Shown: positions 28,995 to 39,031 of the stretch, piece after piece
Layout: every line of letters starts with the position of its first letter
Numbering within the stretch: position 1 is the first letter of the stretch
Origin: Prevotella sp.
Lineage (GTDB): Bacteria > Bacteroidota > Bacteroidia > Bacteroidales > Bacteroidaceae
NCBI GenBank assembly: GCA_050946435.1
Contig: JBMNUU010000008.1
Location: 13,213-77,212 of the forward strand
DNA: 64,000 nt
Direction: 5' to 3'
Position numbers and translations under genes: made by a program
Notes under the pieces: generated by a model
Seen by the model: only the letters and a program-made list of their open reading frames with translations
What the model was told of the DNA's origin: nothing
Databases searched by the model: none

Positions 28995-30956
28995 TTAGAA
29001 TGTGAATCCGTAGGAGTTTTTGATATAACCGTTGGACGTACTCGTGATGGTTGTCCCGATGGGCACGAGGTAACGGTTGATGACTTCACCATGACCGAAG
29101 GTCTTGGCATCGGTACCCACCAGTCCGCCACAGATAGAATTCAGATTGGTTTCCATCTGGTTGTTGTCCTCCTTACCGAAAGAGGAAGCGGAGTTGTCGT
29201 AGTCTTCAGCCGTCTTGCCCTCGGGCAATCCGTACCATGTCACGCTGCTCAGGTCAATCTTGGTCTGGTTTGCATCACTGTAATTGAAATAGATGGTCTC
29301 CTGATAGGTGCCGTCCTGAAGCTGGGTCAGATAGTTCTGCTTCATCTCAAAAATCTTCTGTGCCAGCAAATTCCAACGGATGAGATCCCACTTGCGGGCG
29401 CCCTCACCAGCCAGTTCCCAGGCATTCTCCTGTACGATAGCCTCGAAGAAAGCATCCTTGTCGGCGACGATGTCGGCCACATATTGGTCAGCAGCTGCTT
29501 TGTCGGCTGTGTCGAAAGCGCGGCTGTGCACTTGCCGCAGAGCCTCACGAGCTGTGATTCCTGCTCCGTCGGCATCTGTCCCGTCGGGGCCGACAAGTTC
29601 ATTCATCAGTTCGGCATACCACAGCAACACCTGCGGATAGCGCACCTTCACAACGTTGATACCCGTCATGTGCTTGGCGCTGGCTTTGAGATTCTGCTCC
29701 AGCCACGCCTCGTTCTCCATGCGCGGATCCCATTTACCACAGTAGATTCCGAATGGGGCGTTGCCCAACGGCGACTCAACAGCGCAGAACGGGTCGACAA
29801 CGGTCTCGTTGTTGGACGAGATAGACTTCTGTTCCGGCTTTATCTGCGTCATCGCACAAGTGATGTCGCGGCGCGTGTCGTTCTTGTCATAGGAATAGAA
29901 CAGCGGTGCGGTCATCTTCAATTTACCGGACGAGTTGCTGTAACCATACTGTGTGGTCACGCCGTTAAGACGGAATCCCGCCGTGTAGCCCAGCTCACCG
30001 CTCACATCCTGAAGCATCGGAATCTCAAAAATATTTTCCTGATATTCGGTGTCGAGCACCAACTGGTTGAGCAGGAACCACTCGTTGTGGAACGAAGGAT
30101 TCATCTTGTGTACGTTACTATTGATGATGGCCGACAAATGTTTCAGCGCCTTGCGGTAGAGTGCCTTGCGTGTAGCGGCATCGGGGCGCTGAGTGGGATA
30201 TGTCGGGTCCGAATAACTGGCAGTTTCGTAGCCATCCTTGGCAGTCTCACGAATGGCGTAACCGGCACGTGTCATGGCCAGTTGGGCCACCAAGGCATGA
30301 GCATAACCCTTGGTGACGCGCTCGGTGGTATAGCCGTTGGTGCCTGCCCAAGGCAGCAATTCGATAACGTCTTCCACTTGTTTGATGAGTGAGTCGAGAA
30401 TGATGTCGCGGTCGGTCTTGCCCTGATAAGCATTGCTTAGGTCCGCCTGGGTGGACTCAAGTTTCATGGGCACATCGCCAAAGGCACGGATGAGGTCCAA
30501 ATAGACCATAGCGCGCAGACACACTGCTTCACCATAATACTGCTTCATCGCCGTCTCGTCTTTCAGCGAGCTACCTTTGATTCCCTCGATGGCGAGGTTG
30601 GCGTCTTCAATGGCAGCATACATATACGACCACATTTTGCCGCAGTTGGCATATTCACCGCCGTAGTTGTAGTTGAAATAGCCACGCTCGCTCGATGCTG
30701 TGGCGGTGGAGCCCAGTCCGTCCACCAACTCGCAGTCGGTACCCAGTCCGTAGAGGATGGCCCAGTCTTGCGAATAGGTGCGGTCGTTGGTGAGGTCACC
30801 GTAAATCTGGTTGACCACCGTACTGGTGTAATATTCTGAATTGAAAACATTAGGCTTGGAGAGCTCCGATGGCGATTTCTGGTCGAGGAAGTCGTCACAC
30901 GAGGCAAGGACCACTATGCCTGCGGCAAGCACAAATGCTGATAATATTTTTTTCAT
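28995..30956 (-). CDS. susD: SusD/RagB family nutrient-binding outer-membrane lipoprotein
   Basis: Lipoprotein signal MKKILSAFVLAAGIVVLASCDDFLD. It starts 20 nt after the SusC stop and has the RagB/SusD helical architecture. Confidence 0.9.
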   Translation of the reverse strand: MKKILSAFVLAAGIVVLASCDDFLDQKSPSELSKPNVFNSEYYTSTVVNQIYGDLTNDRTYSQDWAILYGLGTDCELVDGLGSTATASSERGYFNYNYGGEYANCGKMWSYMYAAIEDANLAIEGIKGSSLKDETAMKQYYGEAVCLRAMVYLDLIRAFGDVPMKLESTQADLSNAYQGKTDRDIILDSLIKQVEDVIELLPWAGTNGYTTERVTKGYAHALVAQLAMTRAGYAIRETAKDGYETASYSDPTYPTQRPDAATRKALYRKALKHLSAIINSNVHKMNPSFHNEWFLLNQLVLDTEYQENIFEIPMLQDVSGELGYTAGFRLNGVTTQYGYSNSSGKLKMTAPLFYSYDKNDTRRDITCAMTQIKPEQKSISSNNETVVDPFCAVESPLGNAPFGIYCGKWDPRMENEAWLEQNLKASAKHMTGINVVKVRYPQVLLWYAELMNELVGPDGTDADGAGITAREALRQVHSRAFDTADKAAADQYVADIVADKDAFFEAIVQENAWELAGEGARKWDLIRWNLLAQKIFEMKQNYLTQLQDGTYQETIYFNYSDANQTKIDLSSVTWYGLPEGKTAEDYDNSASSFGKEDNNQMETNLNSICGGLVGTDAKTFGHGEVINRYLVPIGTTITSTSNGYIKNSYGFTF

Positions 30957-30975
30957 TGTAGTAAATTCGTTTAGT

Positions 30976-33900
30976 TTAGAATGTCACGTTGATTCCCCCG
31001 AGGAAGGTACGGCTCTTGGGATAGGCTGCATAGTCGATACCCGGCGTCATAGGATTCTTCCTGCTGCTGGTGTCCACTTCCGGGTCGTAGCCGTCGTAAC
31101 CCGTGATGCAGAACAAGTTGTAGGCGGAGAAATAGATGCGCACGTTGCTGAGGAAGATGCTCTTCACCCAGCTCTTGGGCAAGGTATAACCCACCGTCAG
31201 GGTATTCAGGCGAAGGAACGAAGCGCTCTCTACGGCATAGCTGGTGATGGGCGACTTCTGCGAAGCTGCCGGATTCCAGATGGTTGCATTGCCATTGAGC
31301 TCGTTGAGACGGGTCATAATATTTTCCACACCTCCGTATTGGGCTATCACGGTAGACGTAACACCGGTGCCGAGATTTGTGCCGGTAGTCGGGTCAATCC
31401 AGGTATAGCGGTTGTCGATATTAAAGTCGTTCACGATGTTGTAGTTCTTCTGGCTATTGGTATAGAACGAGTTGGCCAACTTCGTGCCATTCACAATCTT
31501 GTTTCCGATGGAATAGTTGAAATAGACATTGAAGTCGAAGTTGCCCCAGTTGCCGTTCAGTCCGAAGCCACCCACCACCTTGGGGATGGTGTTGCCGAGC
31601 TTTTGCTTGAGGGGTTTGCCATCCTCGTCGACCTCAAATTTCGGTCCGCCGGGAACAAGTGCGCCGCCAGTCATGGTGTAGCTCTTGTCGTTCAAACCGT
31701 CGCGCAGCTGCCATTTGCCGTCGCTGCCGAGCACAAGCTCACCGTCAGGGTTCGTGGTAGCGTCGTAAACGGTATAGAAACCGTTGTTCTTATATCCCCA
31801 AACTTCACCGAGGCTGCCACCTTCGGCCACGCGGAAATCATCATACGGGGTGAAGGTTGAACCGGCAAAGTTACTGCTTTGCCAGGGGTTTTTCATCGTC
31901 AGCTCGTCAATCTTGTTCTTGTTCCAAGAGACGTTGAACGTACCGTTCAGGTTGAACGCCTTACTTTCCACAATGGCAGCGTTCATCGTCACCTCCAAAC
32001 CCTTGTTGGAAGTCTTGCCGAAGTTTTGGTATTGGTAGTTATATCCCGTTGACGTTGGAATCTCCACACGCATCAGCAAGTCCTTGGTGGTGTTCCAATA
32101 GAGGTCCAACGTACCGTTGATACGGCCGTTGAAGAAACCATAGTCGATACCGAAGTTGCGGGTAACAGTGGTCTCCCATTTCAAATCCGGATTATAAAGA
32201 TATTTGCTGTGTTCCAGCTGGGTAGCCGGTTTCTCTCCGAATCCCGCGTGCTTATCGCTGTTGCTGGTCACGGTGTAGGTAGTGGCAAGCAGGCCCGAGG
32301 GGATGCGGTTGTTTCCGGCCGTACCAAAGCTCAACCGCGCTTTCAGGTTAGACAGCCATTTGCTGTCTTTCAGCCAATTCTCCTCAGACAATCGCCAGGC
32401 CAAGGCCAACGATGGGAACAATCCCCACTGATGACCCTCGCCAAATTTAGACGAGCCGTCACTGCGCATGGTGAAGGTTGCGAGATACTTCTCGGCCATG
32501 GTGTAATTCAAACGCCCGAAGAACGAAACCATATTGGCATCGGCCTTGATATCCACCTCGTTGGGCAGCGTCACGGCTGCGGCCGACGTATTGGCCAGCG
32601 TCTCGTCGATAGTGAAACTTGCGGGGAAATTCACGGCCGTATTGTAGCGGTCGGTCTCCTTAGTACTGCTCCACTCCTGTCCTACGAGCACATTGATGTG
32701 GTCGCGGCCACCAAACAAATCCTTGTTGTCGTAGGTGAAGGTGTTGGCATTGCGCCATCCACGTTTGTCCTTACGTTCGAAACGCAACTGGGGAGCGCCA
32801 TTATAACCATACTTGGAATTGGTCACGGCATCGGCAGCCCATACAAAGTCGTCCTTGTCATAGTCCCAGCTGTAGCCGAACTCCGTGCGGAAGGTGACGT
32901 GCTTCCAGGGCTTCCAGTTCAAGCCGGCGTTGTAGTTCTGGCGGAAACGATGTCTCTTCCTGTAGGTGGCATCGATGCGCTCCATGGGGTTGCGCTGCGA
33001 GGAGGTAGAGTTGTTCTCGTCCTCGTCGGTAGCCACCAATGGCTCCACCGGACGCCAGCGCACAGTGTTGGCCACAATACTGTTGGCGGCATTGCTCTGA
33101 TTGTTCTCAGCACCGCCACTGAGCCCCTTAATTTTGGCAAACGACAGACGACCGTTGAAATCGAAAGTCATCCATTTGTTTAATGTGGCATTGAGTTTGG
33201 CACTCACATTATCCTTGGCGTAGCCCGAGCCAAGCATGATAGACTTCTCACCATTATGAGCATAGCCCACGTTGAACTTCACGTCTTTTGTTCCTCCGCT
33301 CACATTAGCGTTATACTGGCGCTGCACACCCGTGCGACCGAAGATGAGGTCCTGATAGTTGTTACCCTCCTTCGACTTCCAGATATCCATGTCCTGGTAG
33401 TTGCCATAGTTGGTCGAGCCTATTTCATATTGATACAGTGCATAGTCGTAGGGGTCGAGCACTTTAATCTCCTTGACGAGTTTCTTGGCGCCCAGCGAGG
33501 CATTGAAGTTCACCTGCACCTTGCCCTCCTTACCGCTCTTGGTGGTGATGATGATCACGCCATTGGCACCCCGGGCACCATAAATGGCCGTAGACGAAGC
33601 GTCTTTCAGCACGTCTATCGACTCAATTTCTGAAGGCGCAATGTCGCTGATCGACGGCACGGGGAAACCGTCTACTATATAAAGAGGTGAATTATCCTGC
33701 GACAACGAGCCACCGCCACGCACGCGAATCTTCACGTCGGCATCGGGCGAGCCCTCGGTTGTGGTGATATTCACACCGGCCAGTTTACCCGTCATGGCCT
33801 CGGCCACGTTCGACACGGGCACCCCCGCAATCTCGTCGGCACCAATGGAGGCCACCGACCCGGTGAGGTCTTTCTTTCTGACCGTACCGTAGCCAATCAC

Positions 33901-34224
33901 GACCACGTCATTCAAACTCGTAGCCTCGTCTTCCAGGACAACCCTGACCTTTCCCGAGGAGGCATCTACGCTTTGCGTCTTCATCCCGACGTAGGACACA
34001 TTTACTTTCTTGGAATTTCCTTTCAGCTGCAGGCTAAAGTTACCGTCGATATCCGTCACGGTACCATTACCTTTCACGCCCTGTTCCATCACAGTGGCTC
34101 CGATAATGGGTTCGCCGGTACCATCCGTTACAGTGCCATTCACTGTCTGCGCCTGCACCACACTCACTACGAACAGTAGGAATACGAGCAGCGCCATTCG
34201 AATGTGCTTCAAATACTCAGACAT
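30976..34224 (-). CDS. susC: SusC/RagA family TonB-dependent outer-membrane transporter
   Basis: Carboxypeptidase-regulatory-like N-domain (VNGTVTDGTGEPIIGATVMEQG), plug (LNDVVVIGYGTVRKKDLTGSV, IRVRGGGS), a long barrel and a C-terminal ...FLGGINVTF. Confidence 0.95.
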   Translation of the reverse strand: MSEYLKHIRMALLVFLLFVVSVVQAQTVNGTVTDGTGEPIIGATVMEQGVKGNGTVTDIDGNFSLQLKGNSKKVNVSYVGMKTQSVDASSGKVRVVLEDEATSLNDVVVIGYGTVRKKDLTGSVASIGADEIAGVPVSNVAEAMTGKLAGVNITTTEGSPDADVKIRVRGGGSLSQDNSPLYIVDGFPVPSISDIAPSEIESIDVLKDASSTAIYGARGANGVIIITTKSGKEGKVQVNFNASLGAKKLVKEIKVLDPYDYALYQYEIGSTNYGNYQDMDIWKSKEGNNYQDLIFGRTGVQRQYNANVSGGTKDVKFNVGYAHNGEKSIMLGSGYAKDNVSAKLNATLNKWMTFDFNGRLSFAKIKGLSGGAENNQSNAANSIVANTVRWRPVEPLVATDEDENNSTSSQRNPMERIDATYRKRHRFRQNYNAGLNWKPWKHVTFRTEFGYSWDYDKDDFVWAADAVTNSKYGYNGAPQLRFERKDKRGWRNANTFTYDNKDLFGGRDHINVLVGQEWSSTKETDRYNTAVNFPASFTIDETLANTSAAAVTLPNEVDIKADANMVSFFGRLNYTMAEKYLATFTMRSDGSSKFGEGHQWGLFPSLALAWRLSEENWLKDSKWLSNLKARLSFGTAGNNRIPSGLLATTYTVTSNSDKHAGFGEKPATQLEHSKYLYNPDLKWETTVTRNFGIDYGFFNGRINGTLDLYWNTTKDLLMRVEIPTSTGYNYQYQNFGKTSNKGLEVTMNAAIVESKAFNLNGTFNVSWNKNKIDELTMKNPWQSSNFAGSTFTPYDDFRVAEGGSLGEVWGYKNNGFYTVYDATTNPDGELVLGSDGKWQLRDGLNDKSYTMTGGALVPGGPKFEVDEDGKPLKQKLGNTIPKVVGGFGLNGNWGNFDFNVYFNYSIGNKIVNGTKLANSFYTNSQKNYNIVNDFNIDNRYTWIDPTTGTNLGTGVTSTVIAQYGGVENIMTRLNELNGNATIWNPAASQKSPITSYAVESASFLRLNTLTVGYTLPKSWVKSIFLSNVRIYFSAYNLFCITGYDGYDPEVDTSSRKNPMTPGIDYAAYPKSRTFLGGINVTF

Positions 34225-34477
34225 ACTTTTTTATTATTAGATAGATTAGTTGTTAAATTCCTTTTGGTTTAAGGATATATTCTCACAGCATGCCGTTTGC
34301 CATGAGCGGTTTTTGCAGTTATGCGGCAAAGTTAATATAAATAAAGGAGTTGGCCAAACTTATTTTTATCTTTTTAATCATCAGCATGGCAATTTGGAAA
34401 AATCAAAATCTTATGCAATTCTCATTTCACATTTGCAGCGACACCCCGACTTGCTGCTCGTGCCAAACTTGGAGGGC

Positions 34478-34593
34478 AGGTCGGACTTGTCTGACCAGTC
34501 GGACGACGCACGGGCCGTACAGCAGCCAATTGTAAATTCTCACCGCGTCAGCCAAAATTGTAAATTGAAAATTGTGAATTGTGAATTAAAAAA
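34478..34593. repeat. Composite intergenic repeat (9-mers + palindromic box + heptamer module) abutting the ClC stop codon
   Basis: aggtcggacttgtctgaccagtcggac, then gacgcacgggccgtacagcagccaattgtaaatt, then ctcaccgcgtcagccaaaattgtaaattgaaaattgtgaattgtgaattaaaaaa. It ends at 34593, and the ClC stop (cta) is at 34594-34596. Confidence 0.85.
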
Positions 34594-36477
34594 CTATTCC
34601 GCTGAATAGTCTGCTACCAGCTGGCGATACACGCGATAGATTCGTGTCTTTTCGATATAGCCTTTTAGTCGGTTGTTGATGTCGACAACCGGCAGTACCT
34701 CGGCATTCGTCCTGTCAAATTTCTCCATCACCTCCTCCATCGGCTCATTTTCATAGAGAATGGTCGACACGGGCACCATGAGTTGACTCACATGGAAACG
34801 GTTGTAAAGCTCCGTGCGGAACACAAGATGTCGGATTTTGCGGAGGTCGATGACGCCGAGCAGACGTTTACCCTCATCGACTACAGGGATAAACATATCG
34901 TTGCTGCTGGTGAGCACGTTGATGAGCTTTCCCATCGTCATATTCGGCGGCACGCAGGTCACTTCCTTCTCGATCACCGAATTCATACTCATCAGCGTGA
35001 GCACGCTTCGGTCGGTATGATGGGTGAGCAGACGCCCCTCACGCGCCAGTCGCATGGCATAGATGCTATGGGGCTCAAATATATTGATGACCATAAAGCT
35101 CACCACCGACACGATGATCAGTGGCACAAACAGCTGATAGCCTCCCGTAATTTCGGCAATGAGAAAGATGCCTGTCAGCGGCGCATGCATCACGCCGGCC
35201 ATCACGCCAGCCATACCCAGCAGGGTGAAGTTTTTCTCAGGCAGGTACACGCCTATCTGCTCCACGTTCCAAAAACGTGAGAACAAGAATCCGGCGAAGC
35301 CCCCGACAAACAACGATGGGGCAAAGGTTCCTCCACAACCGCCGGCACCGTTGGTCGACGATGTGGCTATAATTTTGGTGAGCATCACCAGGGCTACATA
35401 TATCAGGAGTAGTTCGGAATGACCGTAGAACAGCGACCCGTTCATCACCTGACTCCAGTCTACCTCGGTTTCTCCCCCCATGAATATGGCGATGGAGTTG
35501 TAGCCCTCACCGTAGAGCGAGGGGAAAAGGAAGATGAGCAGACTGAGCAGCAGACCGCCTACCATGAGCCTGCCGTAAAAATGTTTTCTCATCGCGGCAA
35601 ACTTACCTTCGCAGAAATTCATCATCCGCATGAAATATAGGCTCATCAGACCGCAGAATACGCCCAGCATGATGGAGCCGGGAATGCGGTCTACGCTCCA
35701 AGCGCTGTCCATGTGGAAGGTGAAAAGGGTGGATGTTCCGGTGAAGATGTAGGAAAAGATGTCTGCCGTGATGCTGGAGATAATGATAGGCACGAGCGAC
35801 GCCATCGTCATGTTGATCATCAGCACCTCGAGGGTGAACACCAGTCCGGCGATGGGCGCTTTGAAGATGCCGGCAATAGCGGCGGCAGCCCCGCAACCCA
35901 CGAGCAGCATCACGGTGCGCTTGTTCATCCTGAAGACCTGACCCAGGGTAGAGCCTATAGCCGACCCCGTGAGCACGATAGGTGCCTCAGCACCCACCGA
36001 CCCACCACAGCCGATGGTGATGGCCGAGGCAATGACCGATGACCAGCAGTTGTGACGCTTGATTTTGGAATTCTTCGTGGCGATGGCATAGAGCACACGC
36101 GTAATACCATGAGAGATGTTGTCGCGCACCACGTATTTAATAAAAAGTGAAGTCAGGTATATGCCTATCACGGGGACCACCAGATAGAGCCAGTTGGCCT
36201 TGTCCGTAAGAAAGTCTTGCGTAATCACACGCTGGATAAATTGTATCAGGATATGAAGCAGATATGCCGCCACCGACGCCAGTATCCCAATGATAAAGGC
36301 GAGAATATTGGTCGTCTGGTGCTCCTTGAGATTCTTATTTTTCCATGCTATGATTTGTTCTAACACTTTCCTCACTTTTTTTATCGTGTAATGCTTGTGG
36401 GGCTTGTCCCCTTTCGAAGGCGTTTCTCTCCTTGTCGCCCGGTCGCTCCCGTCTGTCTGTTCCTGTCTCTCAAACAA
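34594..36477 (-). CDS. ClC-family voltage-gated chloride channel / H+-Cl- antiporter with C-terminal CBS pair
   Basis: ClC selectivity motifs GGSVGAEAPIV and GGTFAPSLFVGG, about 10-12 hydrophobic helices and two C-terminal CBS-like repeats. The ORF-track start at 36477 is TTG, and there is no in-frame ATG for ~180 codons, so the exact non-ATG start (TTG, or a GTG near KKVRKV) is uncertain. Confidence 0.88.
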   Translation of the reverse strand: MFERQEQTDGSDRATRRETPSKGDKPHKHYTIKKVRKVLEQIIAWKNKNLKEHQTTNILAFIIGILASVAAYLLHILIQFIQRVITQDFLTDKANWLYLVVPVIGIYLTSLFIKYVVRDNISHGITRVLYAIATKNSKIKRHNCWSSVIASAITIGCGGSVGAEAPIVLTGSAIGSTLGQVFRMNKRTVMLLVGCGAAAAIAGIFKAPIAGLVFTLEVLMINMTMASLVPIIISSITADIFSYIFTGTSTLFTFHMDSAWSVDRIPGSIMLGVFCGLMSLYFMRMMNFCEGKFAAMRKHFYGRLMVGGLLLSLLIFLFPSLYGEGYNSIAIFMGGETEVDWSQVMNGSLFYGHSELLLIYVALVMLTKIIATSSTNGAGGCGGTFAPSLFVGGFAGFLFSRFWNVEQIGVYLPEKNFTLLGMAGVMAGVMHAPLTGIFLIAEITGGYQLFVPLIIVSVVSFMVINIFEPHSIYAMRLAREGRLLTHHTDRSVLTLMSMNSVIEKEVTCVPPNMTMGKLINVLTSSNDMFIPVVDEGKRLLGVIDLRKIRHLVFRTELYNRFHVSQLMVPVSTILYENEPMEEVMEKFDRTNAEVLPVVDINNRLKGYIEKTRIYRVYRQLVADYSAE

Positions 36478-36588
36478 GGCGCCACGAGGATGGGAGAGTT
36501 CCTGTGTGGCAAAAAAAATGCGGATATACTTTTAAAAAAGGCTGTCGTGCTCCGCGGCACGACGCCTGTTGGTCGAGCTTCGCTGTGA

Positions 36589-37155
36589 CTATCTGATGAC
36601 TTTCACCTCACCCGTAGGTCCCAGCTTGATAATGGAACTCGGTGTATGGGGCTTATGCTCGTTACGGCGCGACCAGCAAACGTAGTCGACGGCCTGGAGC
36701 AGCTCCTCCGAGATGTCCTGATAATTCTGCGCAGCTGGCTCTCCACTGATGTTTGCGCTGGTGCTCACCAAGGCTTTCTGAAAGCGATAGCACAGTTCTT
36801 TGGAGAATTTCTCCTTCGTAATGCGCAGGGCGATGCTCCCGTCTTCAGCAATGAGGTTGGGCGCCAGATTGACGGCCCCGTCGAGTATCACGGTGGTAGG
36901 CTTCACGGCAGCGTCCAGCAAGTCCCATGCGATATTCGGCACATTGCGCACATAACGCTGCAAACGGGCGTCTGAGTCCACCAAACATATCAGTGCCTTC
37001 GAATCATCGCGTTTCTTGATGGCATAAACCTTGGCCACAGCCTCTGCGTTGGTGGCATCGCAGCCGATACCCCAAACGGTATCGGTGGGATACAAAATAA
37101 CACCGCCTTTTTTCAACACTTCGACGGCATTTCTAATATCTTCTTCCTGTGTCAT
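36589..37155 (-). CDS. tsaC: L-threonylcarbamoyladenylate synthase (YrdC/TsaC family)
   Basis: 188 aa with YrdC-domain motifs ILYPTDTVWGIGCDA, KKRDDSKALICLV and STSANISGEP. Confidence 0.88.
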   Translation of the reverse strand: MTQEEDIRNAVEVLKKGGVILYPTDTVWGIGCDATNAEAVAKVYAIKKRDDSKALICLVDSDARLQRYVRNVPNIAWDLLDAAVKPTTVILDGAVNLAPNLIAEDGSIALRITKEKFSKELCYRFQKALVSTSANISGEPAAQNYQDISEELLQAVDYVCWSRRNEHKPHTPSSIIKLGPTGEVKVIR

Positions 37156-37399
37156 TTTTAAAAAAATATATACGCAAAGTTAATCATTCTTTTGATACTT
37201 CACAAGCGTTTGCAATTTTTTTTGATGTAACACCCTGTGTCACCAACACAAAAATCCCCGTCTCCGCTTCAAACAGCAGGGACGGGGGCAACGTGTATTG
37301 GATCGACAAATTATAGGGATGGGCGGACCATCACGGCCTGCCCATGCCCGAATGCAATCACGTCTATACGGCTATACGTCGAAAAAAAGACGTCGGCTG

Positions 37400-38044
37400 T
37401 TATTTCTCACCTTCAAAGCCTATAGCGACAGGCTTTTTCAGCAGTTCTTGATTCAATTTCTCGTCTACATAGACACCACCTGCGAGGATCTGCATTTGCA
37501 TGGCAGGCTTCTTAGAGTCTACTTCCTTGTTAGTGTTAAAGTAGCTGTAAACTCCGTATGAATAGGTGCTGTTCACGTAGAAAGCGATCTGCACCTTGTG
37601 GTCCTCGCCGCCATAGTTCACATTATAGGTAGCAAATGCAGGGTTAATCAGGAATGTGATGGGTGCATTGTTCATAATGCCCATACGGCACTCGAGCTTC
37701 TGCACGGGCTGTGCGGCAATCGCCTCACGGATTTCCTTGTTGGTGATGTGTTCGGCCAGCGGTGCAGAGGGGAAGTCGGCTACATACAGCGTCGAGTCGG
37801 TGTCTATACGCCAGTGCACCTTGATGGTGTCATTTGCATTTTTATCGTTCACATTTTCCTTGGCATCCTCAGACTTAGCCTTAGCGTAGATCAAATTACC
37901 GCTATAATCGCCCTTGATGGCTTGGTAAGCAGCCTGATACTCTTCCGGTGAGAGAACCGGCTCATCGTCATCGTTAAGACAGGAAGTGAACGTCACAGCT
38001 GCAATACAGCAGCACATCATCATTAATGGTTTCAATACTTTCAT
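37400..38044 (-). CDS. Hypothetical lipoprotein
   Basis: Lipoprotein signal MKVLKPLMMMCCCIAAVTFTSC followed by an acidic linker (LNDDDEP). 214 aa with ATG at 38042-38044. No family recognised. Confidence 0.65.
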   Translation of the reverse strand: MKVLKPLMMMCCCIAAVTFTSCLNDDDEPVLSPEEYQAAYQAIKGDYSGNLIYAKAKSEDAKENVNDKNANDTIKVHWRIDTDSTLYVADFPSAPLAEHITNKEIREAIAAQPVQKLECRMGIMNNAPITFLINPAFATYNVNYGGEDHKVQIAFYVNSTYSYGVYSYFNTNKEVDSKKPAMQMQILAGGVYVDEKLNQELLKKPVAIGFEGEK

Positions 38045-38166
38045 TTTTTGTTTTATGTTTAATGGTTATTTGCCCCTTAAATGCACAACAATGGAAAACC
38101 TTGCATGCCTCATGCGATTTTTTTTGAAAAAAAAGGAAAAAAGGGCCTCAGCGAGGGCTGAAATAT

Positions 38167-38414
38167 CAGACTGGTCGGACCGGCCAGGCTAACCAGACGT
38201 GTCGGACTAATCAGACATATCGGACTAATCGGACAAGTCGGACAAGTCGGACAAGTCGAACATACAGCTCATGCTCCCCATGGCGAATTTCCATCGCGCA
38301 GCCAAATTGTGAATTATGAATTATGAATTGTGAATTGCGATTTCTTCCCTATCGCGCAGCCAATTGTGAATTTTGAATTGTGAATTTTGAATTGTGAATT
38401 TTGAATTAAAAAAG
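38167..38414. repeat. Composite intergenic repeat (9-mer array + two heptamer modules), inverted relative to the copy at 40351
   Basis: Nine-mers run cagactggtcggaccgg ... aatcggacaagtcggacaagtcggacaagtcgaac. Then come ccatcgcgcagccaaattgtgaattatgaattatgaattgtgaatt and ctatcgcgcagccaattgtgaattttgaattgtgaattttgaattgtgaattttgaattaaaaaa. Confidence 0.88.
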
Positions 38415-38470
38415 TTTTTCCATGCAAGTTTTCCGCTATCTATGCGTTTAATGGATAGAACATACAATTC

Positions 38471-39031
38471 ATGCAACACGCTACGGCAGATAAAGAGGAG
38501 AAAATCGTCAGCATGTTCCGACGGGGAGACGCCCTGGCGATGGATAGGCTATATGCCGATTTTGCCCCCTATCTCACGGGGGTATGCGCCCGCTATATCA
38601 GCGACGACGACACACTGAAAGACGTGCTGCAGGAGAGCTTCATCAAGATCTTCACACAGATGGACTCCTTTGACTATCGCGGGCGCGGGTCGCTGCGCGC
38701 GTGGATGAGCCGCATTGTGGTGAACGAGAGCCTGCAGACCCTGCGACAGCAAAAGCGCACGCTGACGTTGCTCCTCGACAACGACCCGCCGGACCTGCCC
38801 GACGAAGACCCCGACACCGACAGCATGGGGCGCGAGGAAATGGCGGAACTGCTCAGACAACTGCCCGACGGTTATCGCACCGTGCTCAACCTCTATGTGA
38901 TAGAAGGGCGAAGCCACAAAGAGATTGCCCAACTGCTCGACATCAAACCCGACAGCTCGGCATCACAACTACACCGTGCTAAGAACATGATGGCACGACT
39001 CATCAAGAATCATAAAAGAAATAAGCTATGA
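38471..39031 (+). CDS. ECF-type RNA polymerase sigma-70 factor
   Basis: Region 2 (DDDTLKDVLQESFIKIF, WMSRIVVNESL) and region 4 HTH (VIEGRSHKEIAQLLDIKPDSSASQLHRAKNMM). The stop overlaps the next gene start (ATGA at 39028-39031). Confidence 0.9.
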   Translation: MQHATADKEEKIVSMFRRGDALAMDRLYADFAPYLTGVCARYISDDDTLKDVLQESFIKIFTQMDSFDYRGRGSLRAWMSRIVVNESLQTLRQQKRTLTLLLDNDPPDLPDEDPDTDSMGREEMAELLRQLPDGYRTVLNLYVIEGRSHKEIAQLLDIKPDSSASQLHRAKNMMARLIKNHKRNKL

